Source of the DNA: Gammaproteobacteria bacterium
Lineage (GTDB): Bacteria; Pseudomonadota; Gammaproteobacteria; Pseudomonadales; Azotimanducaceae
Reading direction: 5' to 3'
Length of the DNA stretch: 60,469 nt
Assembly: GCA_027292925.1 (NCBI GenBank)
Contig: JAPUGI010000206.1
Location: 1-60,469 of the forward strand
In this document: positions 46,317-54,042 of the stretch, piece by piece
How positions within the stretch are numbered: position 1 is the stretch's first letter
Layout of the letters: every line of letters starts with the position of its first letter
Made by a program: the position numbers and the translations under genes
Notes under the pieces: generated by a model
The model's input: only the letters and a program-made list of their open reading frames with translations
Database searches by the model: none
What the model was told of the DNA's origin: nothing

Positions 46317-47131
46317 TAGCTCACATTGATCTCGAATGTGGCGGACTCGGGACGCGCCAGGCCGCGTTGGGAGGATTTGATCGCCTCTATCATCAGGGCG
46401 ATTCTGGGTGAATCTGGAAATTCGCCTTCGACTTCTGCCACCGCGGTTTCGAGTCTCAATTCGCGCATAAACAGGATTCGGAATGCCTTACGTACCTCGG
46501 CTATTTCTTCAGCATTGTAACCAGCACGTTCCATACCGATCTTGTTTATTACACGCATGTGTGCGGGAGCGCCATCAGCTATGGTAAATGGCAAAACGTC
46601 CTGGGCGACTTTGCACATCCCACCCACCATGGCTGCCGTACCGACATGACAGAATTGGTGAATGGCTGATAAACCACCGATATTTGCGTAATTACCGATA
46701 ATGACATGACCACCCAGCGTTGCGCTGTGACTCATCACGACGTGGTTTCCCACGGTGCAGTTGTGGGCGACATGGGAATGGGCGAGTAGGGCGCAATCGT
46801 TACCAATTTTTGACTTGCTGCCTTCTTCAGTGCCGCTATGGACACTGACAAATTCGCGGATTATGTTGCGATCGCCGATTTCAGTATGAGTCACCGTATT
46901 AGCAATATATTTGAGATCCTGTGATTGGATGCCTAACGTCACGAAGGGAAAAATATCACAGTCTTCACCGATCACAGTATGCGGTTCCACAACGACGTGG
47001 GAACGTAACCGCGTATTGGCACCTATTTTGGTATCTGCCGCGACAGTGCAAAAAGGGCCGATCACGCAATTATCTCCAATTTCTGCGCAGTCATGTACTA
47101 CGGCATGCCTGTCTACGTTAATCATGCTCAC
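46316..47131 (-). CDS. lpxA: Acyl-ACP:UDP-GlcNAc O-acyltransferase (LpxA) or close paralogue
   Basis: 271 aa with left-handed beta-helix hexapeptide repeats. LpxA-specific blocks: GDRNIIREFVSVHSGT, HVAHNCTVGNHVVMSHSATLGGHV, GLSAIHQFCHVG, INKIGMERAGY. It is not next to lpxD/fabZ/lpxB. Confidence 0.8.
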   Translation of the reverse strand: MSMINVDRHAVVHDCAEIGDNCVIGPFCTVAADTKIGANTRLRSHVVVEPHTVIGEDCDIFPFVTLGIQSQDLKYIANTVTHTEIGDRNIIREFVSVHSGTEEGSKSKIGNDCALLAHSHVAHNCTVGNHVVMSHSATLGGHVIIGNYANIGGLSAIHQFCHVGTAAMVGGMCKVAQDVLPFTIADGAPAHMRVINKIGMERAGYNAEEIAEVRKAFRILFMRELRLETAVAEVEGEFPDSPRIALMIEAIKSSQRGLARPESATFEINVS

Positions 47132-47240
47132 TTCCTTATTTGCTTTTTGTAATAGAGACGTTGCATTGGCGATTTAATGTCCCTTTGACACCCCTGATCC
47201 TTGCAAAGTTCCGCCAGGACCGGAGTTGGCCGCTGGTTCC

Positions 47241-47681
47241 CTAACCCTTGCTATAGTCTACGGTGTACCAGGTTTCCGGTTTGATACTGACGACAATACT
47301 GTCTTCATTGTTGCTGGAGCCCTCAGCGGATGCAAAGCTTTCAGCGTAGGACCTGCCTTGTTCCTCGCCCAGATATCGGATTGCCATGGCTAGTAACTGG
47401 CCATCGATGAGTGGTGTCACGGCAAACGAACCCTCGATAGAAACATATTTGTAAGGTGCAGTTTCTGATTGAACGCAAAGGCTAATTCTCTGCGACCTGG
47501 TGAGAAGTTTTCCTTTGATCGAGTCACGATTGGTGATCATCCAGGGTTCGCCGCCTGGCTCATAGTCATACCAGATCGGCACGGTGAGTGGACCTTTTGC
47601 CGATCTTGGAATGCTGATAATTGCCACGTGGACACCGGCAAGAAACTGTTGTCGTTCAGTGACTGACATTGTTAAAGACAT
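47241..47681 (-). CDS. Pyridoxamine 5'-phosphate oxidase-fold (split-barrel flavin/F420-binding) family protein
   Basis: 146 aa. The pattern ...FLAGVHVAIISIPRSAKGPLTVPIWYDYEPGGEPWMIT.. resembles the PPOX class. Confidence 0.6.
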   Translation of the reverse strand: MSLTMSVTERQQFLAGVHVAIISIPRSAKGPLTVPIWYDYEPGGEPWMITNRDSIKGKLLTRSQRISLCVQSETAPYKYVSIEGSFAVTPLIDGQLLAMAIRYLGEEQGRSYAESFASAEGSSNNEDSIVVSIKPETWYTVDYSKG

Positions 47682-47870
47682 GCTTTATTCTCCCGGGTCG
47701 TTTTAAGTCGCGGACTTTTTCAGTTGGCCGCGGGTGCTTTCCGTTGGCCACACGCGGTGTTTGCTCTGTTAGTTCGCCGTAGGTGCATTTGCAATGATAT
47801 AATTTTGTCTAATCAATTTCATGGGCGGCGCTGACATTGTCAGACACGGGGCAGGCTAGCCCATAATTTT

Positions 47871-48428
47871 ATGCAGAAAAAGCGAGTTGAATCTCATTCA
47901 CTAGATCGATCCCTGATTGACAAACATTCCTTTACCAAGGAAGAACTAATCGATTGTGGATATGGTCGGCTGTTCGGTCCAGGACGTGCACATCTACCAA
48001 TTGATGAGATGCTGATGGTCGATAGAATCACGGATATAAATGAAACCGGAGGTAGCAAAGGCAAGGGTAGAATTCTGGCTGAGATGGATATCAATCCCGA
48101 GTTATGGTTTTTCAAATGCCACTTTGTAGATGACCCCGTCATGCCTGGATGCCTTGGCCTGGATGCACTGTGGCAGCTGGTTGGCTTCTTCCTGGCGTGG
48201 AAAGGAAACGTGGGGTTGGGACGGGCACTAGGTTGCGGGCGGGTTAGTTTCAGGGGTCAGGTTTTGCCCACGGCAAAGCAGTTGCAATATGAGATTGATT
48301 TGACTCGTCTTCGAGGCGGAAAGACAGTAATGGGTATCGCAGATTGCAAGGTACTTGTAGATCAAAAACATATATACACCGCCAAGGACATAAAAGTTGG
48401 TTTGTTCACTTCAGCAGATGACTTCTAG
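47871..48428 (+). CDS. fabA: 3-hydroxydecanoyl-ACP dehydratase/isomerase
   Basis: 185 aa. Motifs: [38 protein letters not shown] (catalytic His and Asp region). Confidence 0.95.
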   Translation: MQKKRVESHSLDRSLIDKHSFTKEELIDCGYGRLFGPGRAHLPIDEMLMVDRITDINETGGSKGKGRILAEMDINPELWFFKCHFVDDPVMPGCLGLDALWQLVGFFLAWKGNVGLGRALGCGRVSFRGQVLPTAKQLQYEIDLTRLRGGKTVMGIADCKVLVDQKHIYTAKDIKVGLFTSADDF

Positions 48429-48436
48429 GTGATCAG

Positions 48437-49651
48437 ATGAAAAGAGCGGTCATAACAGGAATGGGTCTGGTTTCTCCTCTCGGGAATAATAAGGCAGAAA
48501 CATTAGACTCTCTTAAAGAGACCCGTTCCGGTATCCGTTTTCAGGAAGAGTACAAGGAACTTGGCTTAAGGAGCCATGTCGCTGGCAGTATTCACATTGA
48601 TGTCGAAGAGCGTATCGAACGAAAATTGCGCCGTTTTATGGGAGATGCCGCCGCCTATTCATACATATCATTGCTTGAGGCCATCGGTGATGCCGGTCTT
48701 GAAGATTCTGATGTCTCAAACATTCGTACTGGACTGGTTGCGGGTTCAGGTGGCGCCTCATCGTCGAACCTTGTTGAAGCAGCAGATATATTGCGGGCAA
48801 AAAGCCTGAAGCGAATCGGACCATACCGCGTAACACGAACCATGAGTTCAACGGTTTCAGCTTGTCTGGCAACACCTTTTTCGATCAAAGGTGTCAATTA
48901 TTCTATTACTTCAGCGTGCTCAACCAGTGCACATTGCATTGGGCATGCAGCGGAACTAATTCAACTGGGTAAGCAAGATATTGTATTTGCAGGCGGCGGC
49001 GAAGAAGAGCACTGGAGCATGACTTCCTTGTTTGATGCCATGGGCGCGCTTTCAACGGCAAGGAATGACCAGCCGGATAAAGCTTCACGAGCCTATGACC
49101 GGGATCGTGATGGATTTGTTATTGCCGGTGGTGGCGGTTTTGTCGTTGTCGAAGAACTGGAACATGCGAAAGCCCGCGGCGCGAAAATCCATGCCGAACT
49201 AGTTGGCTACGGCGCTACTTCCGACGGCCACGATATGGTTGCACCTTCTGGCGAGGGAGGAGAAAGAGCGATGCAACTCGCCCTGTCGACGGTTGAAGGT
49301 TCCGTTGACTACATCAATGCACACGGTACCAGTACTCCGGCCGGAGACCCACCTGAAATTGCAGCCATCGAACGTGTGTTCGGTAGTGACCCACCGAAAA
49401 TAAGTTCCACAAAATCGTTATCGGGACACTCGTTAGGCGCTGCAGGTGTTCACGAGGCCATCTACTCATTGTTGATGCTGGAAAATGACTTTATTTGTGC
49501 TTCCGCCAACGTGGATAATCTTGACCCCGAATTTCAAAATGCACCAATCGTGACGAACAGAATCGACAATGCAGGTATTAAAACGGTGATGTCGAACAGC
49601 TTTGGATTTGGCGGCACCAATGCGGTTCTTGTTTTTCAAAAGCTGGACTAA
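48437..49651 (+). CDS. fabB: 3-oxoacyl-ACP synthase I
   Basis: 404 aa. Motifs: [32 protein letters not shown]. It is adjacent to fabA. Confidence 0.95.
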   Translation: MKRAVITGMGLVSPLGNNKAETLDSLKETRSGIRFQEEYKELGLRSHVAGSIHIDVEERIERKLRRFMGDAAAYSYISLLEAIGDAGLEDSDVSNIRTGLVAGSGGASSSNLVEAADILRAKSLKRIGPYRVTRTMSSTVSACLATPFSIKGVNYSITSACSTSAHCIGHAAELIQLGKQDIVFAGGGEEEHWSMTSLFDAMGALSTARNDQPDKASRAYDRDRDGFVIAGGGGFVVVEELEHAKARGAKIHAELVGYGATSDGHDMVAPSGEGGERAMQLALSTVEGSVDYINAHGTSTPAGDPPEIAAIERVFGSDPPKISSTKSLSGHSLGAAGVHEAIYSLLMLENDFICASANVDNLDPEFQNAPIVTNRIDNAGIKTVMSNSFGFGGTNAVLVFQKLD

Positions 49652-49680
49652 GTTCCCAAAATTTTCCGGGCATTAAACTA

Positions 49681-51075
49681 ATGACAGATTCAGAGATAGA
49701 AGAATCACAAGTTCGTGATTCCGAAACTGAATCGGTCTTGGAAAAGCCACAACTCGGTATCTGGGAACTTGCCTGGCCAGCAATCTTAGGCAATCTGCTC
49801 TACGCCGTGGTCGGAATTGTCAGTATTAAAATTGTCGGCTCCCTCGGGGCAGAAGCTGTTGCAGCGGTGACCACGGGGCATCGTATTTTCTTCGGTTTGC
49901 AGGCTATCCTGATTGCTGTATCGACAGGTACGGCTGCCATGGTAGCCCGGGCCTGGGGTGCAAAGGACTATTCTGAAGCTGCCCACATCACCAGCGTATC
50001 TCTGTGGATAGGAAACCTTGTTGCCATCACCCTGATGCTTCCTTGTATCATTTTTGCGAAGCAGATTGCGGGAGTGTTTGGTCTCGATGAAAAGACGACG
50101 CATGAAGCTGCAGAGTTCATCCGTTATCTCAGTCTATTCAATATTGCCTTCGCTATAAATATTGTGATAGGCACTTCGCTCCGGGCCGCAGGCGACACAA
50201 GAACACCACTCTGGATTGGCGCAGTGACCAATGTCGTCAATGTGATATTTGTGTATTTGCTGGTCTTCGGTTTGTTCGGTTTCCCGCAGATGGGCGTCAC
50301 AGGAGCTGCCATAGCGAATGGTTTGTCCTTCGTTGTGGGTGCCCTGATATTGCTCTATCTCTGGTACGGTAAAAAACTAAGGGTCGGTGTTGGCGGACGT
50401 GGATCGATAACCATGATACGAGTTCGCAAGCTGGTACATATTGGATACCCTGCCGGAATTGAGCAGTTTGTGTTCCAGGGCGGATTTGTGGCTTTTCTCT
50501 GGCTCGTTGGATATTACGGTACCGCGGCTTTTGCCGCCTACGGAATCGGCATACAAATTCTTTCTGTTTCATTCGTCGTTGGTTTTGGGTTTTCAATTGC
50601 CGGTGCAACTCTGGTAGGGCAGCATCTTGGCGCAAAGGATCCAGGCGGAGCAGTGCGACAAGGCTGGCGTGCAACGGGACTCGCTATCGCCAGCATGACG
50701 GCACTTAGTCTCGTTATAGTGTTTTTTGCGACGGATATCGCCTGGTTTCTTATTGCCGATAGCCAAGTAGTGCAGCACACCGTGACTTTCATTTACATTA
50801 TGGCCATTGCGCAACCACTGATGGCCATCGAATTTACACTGGGTGGATGTTTGCGGGGAGCCGGGGATACCCGATTTCCGCTGATCACGACGATGATCGG
50901 CCTGATTGGAGTGAGGGTAGGATTGGCTGTTTTATTCACCTACCTTGGGTTGAGCGTAGACTGGATCTACGGTGCACTTATTGGTGACTATATTGTGAAG
51001 AGCTTAATGATTGCGCACCGATTTCGATCTGGTAAGTGGAAACAGATTTTCAAAGAAGCAGAGCGTCGGTTCTAG
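49681..51075 (+). CDS. MATE-family multidrug/toxin efflux transporter
   Basis: 464 aa with 12 TM helices. The duplicated motif RAAGDTRTP / RGAGDTRFP marks the two halves. Confidence 0.88.
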   Translation: MTDSEIEESQVRDSETESVLEKPQLGIWELAWPAILGNLLYAVVGIVSIKIVGSLGAEAVAAVTTGHRIFFGLQAILIAVSTGTAAMVARAWGAKDYSEAAHITSVSLWIGNLVAITLMLPCIIFAKQIAGVFGLDEKTTHEAAEFIRYLSLFNIAFAINIVIGTSLRAAGDTRTPLWIGAVTNVVNVIFVYLLVFGLFGFPQMGVTGAAIANGLSFVVGALILLYLWYGKKLRVGVGGRGSITMIRVRKLVHIGYPAGIEQFVFQGGFVAFLWLVGYYGTAAFAAYGIGIQILSVSFVVGFGFSIAGATLVGQHLGAKDPGGAVRQGWRATGLAIASMTALSLVIVFFATDIAWFLIADSQVVQHTVTFIYIMAIAQPLMAIEFTLGGCLRGAGDTRFPLITTMIGLIGVRVGLAVLFTYLGLSVDWIYGALIGDYIVKSLMIAHRFRSGKWKQIFKEAERRF

Positions 51076-51086
51076 GCCTCAATTTT

Positions 51087-51833
51087 TTATAGAGCAGTCA
51101 ATATAATGGGCTTGCTTTTGGTAATAATCATGGTGTGCTCATACTGCGCCGAAAAATTTCCGGGACCAGTCGTTAACGTCCAGCCATCATCTTCGGTCGT
51201 CGTCTGTTCACTACCGGTCGATAGGAAGGGTTCGATTGTAATGACCTGGCCTTCCGATAAAACACGACGATCGTTCTTGTCATAAAAGTTAGCAATAAAA
51301 TGTGGTTCTTCATGAAGGCTTTTTCCAATGCCATGGCTTCCCAGGTCTTTTAAGGTAACAAATCCAGTCTTGCGCGCTGTCTTATTAATTGAAGCGCCAA
51401 TCTGGTTCACCTTTGTGCCGGTTCTCGCGACATCCATCGCATTGCGAAGTGCCTTGCGTGTTGATTGGCAAAGATATCGGATTTTCGGATCCACCGGCGG
51501 GACCGGAAAAGTCCCCCCGGTATCGCCGAAGTAGCCGTCGAGTTCTGCTGACACGTCGATGTTGACCACGTCACCGGCACAAATAACCTTCTCACAAGGA
51601 ATGCCGTGTGCCGCTTCTTCATTGATGCTAATACACGTGTAGCCAGGAAAGTCATACATCACCATCGGTGCCGAACGCGCACCGTATTTCTCGAGATTCT
51701 TTGCGCCGATTTCATCCAATTCGAGGGTTGTCATGCCAATCCCCATCTGGCGTTTCATCAGCATTAGCGTTTCAAACACTATCCGGCCAATGGTTTTCAG
51801 CTTATTCAGGTCATCGTCATTTTCAATGGTCAT
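51087..51833 (-). CDS. map: Type I methionine aminopeptidase
   Basis: I start at MTIENDDDLNKLK (CAT 51831-51833), giving 248 aa. Motifs: AHGIP, NIDVSAELDGYFGD, GHGIG, FTIEP-like ITIEP, EHT. The track's 79-codon N-extension runs into the divergent neighbour. Confidence 0.9.
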   Translation of the reverse strand: MTIENDDDLNKLKTIGRIVFETLMLMKRQMGIGMTTLELDEIGAKNLEKYGARSAPMVMYDFPGYTCISINEEAAHGIPCEKVICAGDVVNIDVSAELDGYFGDTGGTFPVPPVDPKIRYLCQSTRKALRNAMDVARTGTKVNQIGASINKTARKTGFVTLKDLGSHGIGKSLHEEPHFIANFYDKNDRRVLSEGQVITIEPFLSTGSEQTTTEDDGWTLTTGPGNFSAQYEHTMIITKSKPIILTAL

Positions 51834-51912
51834 AACCAATATCTTAACACCACATTCTCGGTTAGTATGTGGTGCAATCTTTTGTAGGGAACGATTGCAT
51901 GAGAAGTGAATC

Positions 51913-52239
51913 ATGATTAGCAGAATATTCCAAACGCTTGTGATTACATGCCTGGTACTGTTAGCGAGTGGCTGCGTGTCCACCGTTAACAATCCGTCAC
52001 AAATGATTGTAGGCTCTTGGAAGTCTGAACTTGGGGGATTTACAGTCACGGTTGAATACACACAAGGCACTGTCAGGATCGGAGACTATGACGCTGTTCC
52101 CTACCATATTGATGAAGGTAAGCTTATTCTCGCTCAGGAGGGCAGCCAACCCCGCATGCTCAGATTTCCTTCAGCGGATGAGATGATCCAGACTGATACC
52201 TTAACGGGTACCGACCACAAATTTGTTCGAGTGAAGTAG
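51913..52239 (+). CDS. Small hypothetical lipoprotein
   Basis: 108 aa with a signal peptide and lipobox (LLASG-C). I recognised no family. Confidence 0.55.
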   Translation: MISRIFQTLVITCLVLLASGCVSTVNNPSQMIVGSWKSELGGFTVTVEYTQGTVRIGDYDAVPYHIDEGKLILAQEGSQPRMLRFPSADEMIQTDTLTGTDHKFVRVK

Positions 52240-52342
52240 CTAGTTCCTATCTTGAAATTGAGTTGTAAACAACCGCTCAAGGGAACTAGCCCCTTCAATA
52301 TCTGAATCTGGACAGGAAGCAGCTAGTTCCTATCTAGAAATC
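52238..52342. repeat. Intergenic repeat element, copy B (long form) with alternative hairpins
   Basis: GCTAGTTCCTATCTTGAAAT (52239-)...GGAACTAGC (52282-52290)-N14-AATCTGGACAGGAA...GCTAGTTCCTATCTAGAAAT (52322-). The central GGAACTAGC is complementary to both flanking GCTAGTTCC copies. Confidence 0.7.
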
Positions 52343-52353
52343 CAGCAACGACA

Positions 52354-52382
52354 TTTACCTGTATAAAAATACAGGGTAAAAT
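52354..52382 (+). promoter_or_regulatory. Sigma70-type promoter with a LexA box occupying the spacer
   Basis: TTTACC (52354-52359), a 17-nt spacer, then TAAAAT (52377-52382). The spacer holds CTG (52359-52361)-N10-CAG (52372-52374), box ACCTGTATAAAAATACAGGG. It lies 29 nt upstream of ATG 52411. Confidence 0.7.
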
Positions 52383-52410
52383 CTGCCAGACTTTCATATG
52401 TAACCCGCTA

Positions 52411-54042
52411 ATGGTCGAAGAATTACCACAGGGGTACTATCTCGACAATTTTCATTACCTCCTTGAATTTGTTTCCAGGCAGTACGCTCACCTCCTTACT
52501 AAAGATGAAATAGCTTACGCCGCCGACTTCAATGGTCTGCCAGTTCAGGCACGGATGCTATACGTTCGATTAGTGCAGCGTAAGGGACCTTTGTTTCGCT
52601 GCGACAAGATTTGCTACGAAGAAATAACTGACCTGCAGCAGGCAATTGAACAACTGGCTGAAGCTGGATTCCTGGACGATGCTCATGACGCTGAGGTGCC
52701 TGAAGTTCTTCGTCTGCTCACTAAAAAAGAGTTGCTCGATTTACCCGAGGCAGCAGAATTTGATTCCTCCCAGAAAAAAAATGTGACTCTGGACAATCTC
52801 ATCGACGTGAAAGTGGTCATTACAGCCTTCAGCATCGTCAGGCCACTGCTTCAGGAATTTCTACAACTTTACAAGCTGTTATTTTTTGGCAATCTGACGC
52901 AGGATTTCACTGAGTTTGTATTGAACGACCTCGGCGTTACTCCTTTCGAGAAATATCCATTACAACCGGACGCTTCCTTTTTTGAGAGCCGCTGGCTAAT
53001 TGAAGAGACCAGGCAACTCTATGCCTTGAATGAGCTTTCGCATGATATTGTCATCGAGAGCGACCCAACAGCCATGGCCGAATTTGTGCAGTTATTACCA
53101 GAACGATACGATAATGTTCGCCTCGGTAGACGCCACGATCGTATCGTGAATCGCATCGCCAGACAATATGAGCGACTGGGTGCGCTGGATGATGCAATGC
53201 TGCTTTACGCTGGGACACTATCACCGCCATCGAGAGAGCGCCGTGCGAGAATCCTGCAAAAGGAAAACCGGCTGGAGGAATGTATCGAGCAGTGCATCGA
53301 TATGCTGCAAAATCCAGCCAGTGACCAGGAACTTGAAGTTGCGACCCGCTTCCTACACCGGTTTAGGAAAAAGGAACTGCTATCACAGCTGGTTCCAGAC
53401 TTTGATATGGAAATCCTGGAATTTAAACCGGCGTTACATCGTGTTTGTACTAAAAACATTTCCGGAAAGCGGGTTGAAGAAGTTGCTTGTGACTGGTTCG
53501 AGCATCAAGGCTTTGAGGCCTACTATGTGGAAAACAGTTTATTACCCGGTTTGTTTGGCCTGGCTTTTTGGGACATTATTTTTGCGCCCGTAAAAAGTGC
53601 GTTCTTCAATCCGTTCCAGCGTGGACCAGCTGATATGTTCAGCCCGGAATTTTATGGCAGGCGGAGAGAACTGATTGAAAGTAGGCTGTTGGAATTAGGG
53701 AATCGAGAGTACCTCAGGAATCTGGTTCTCACTCATTTCGATGAAAAATACCCCGTGGCGAATCACTTCGTTCACTGGTCCATGCTAACGAAAGAACTAC
53801 TGGAAAGATTCCTTTCTGTCATATCTATCAATTCGTTGCTCTCGGTTTTCAAACGATTGCTTGCTGATCCAAGAAACAACCGTAGCGGGTTTCCTGATCT
53901 CGTCGTATTCCAAAACGGCGGATATCGGCTGGTTGAGGTAAAAGGACCGGGTGACCGATTGCAGGAAAATCAACTCAGGTGGTTGCGCCATTTCTCTTCT
54001 GTTGGCATTCCTGCTGAAGTTGTCCATATCAGCTGGAAATAA
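52411..54042 (+). CDS. FAN1-like VRR-NUC structure-specific nuclease
   Basis: 543 aa. The C-terminus GFPDLVVFQNGGYRLVEVKGPGDRLQENQLRWL is the PD-(D/E)xK VRR-NUC motif. Size and architecture match the bacterial FAN1 homologue (P. aeruginosa PA1865 type). Confidence 0.8.
   Translation: MVEELPQGYYLDNFHYLLEFVSRQYAHLLTKDEIAYAADFNGLPVQARMLYVRLVQRKGPLFRCDKICYEEITDLQQAIEQLAEAGFLDDAHDAEVPEVLRLLTKKELLDLPEAAEFDSSQKKNVTLDNLIDVKVVITAFSIVRPLLQEFLQLYKLLFFGNLTQDFTEFVLNDLGVTPFEKYPLQPDASFFESRWLIEETRQLYALNELSHDIVIESDPTAMAEFVQLLPERYDNVRLGRRHDRIVNRIARQYERLGALDDAMLLYAGTLSPPSRERRARILQKENRLEECIEQCIDMLQNPASDQELEVATRFLHRFRKKELLSQLVPDFDMEILEFKPALHRVCTKNISGKRVEEVACDWFEHQGFEAYYVENSLLPGLFGLAFWDIIFAPVKSAFFNPFQRGPADMFSPEFYGRRRELIESRLLELGNREYLRNLVLTHFDEKYPVANHFVHWSMLTKELLERFLSVISINSLLSVFKRLLADPRNNRSGFPDLVVFQNGGYRLVEVKGPGDRLQENQLRWLRHFSSVGIPAEVVHISWK

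Noticed and set aside
51834-52070. A 79-codon N-terminal extension of map overlapping the divergent lipoprotein gene.
   Set aside because: Methionine aminopeptidase homology starts at MTIENDDDL (51833). The extension has no homology-like features and would consume the divergent promoter region.
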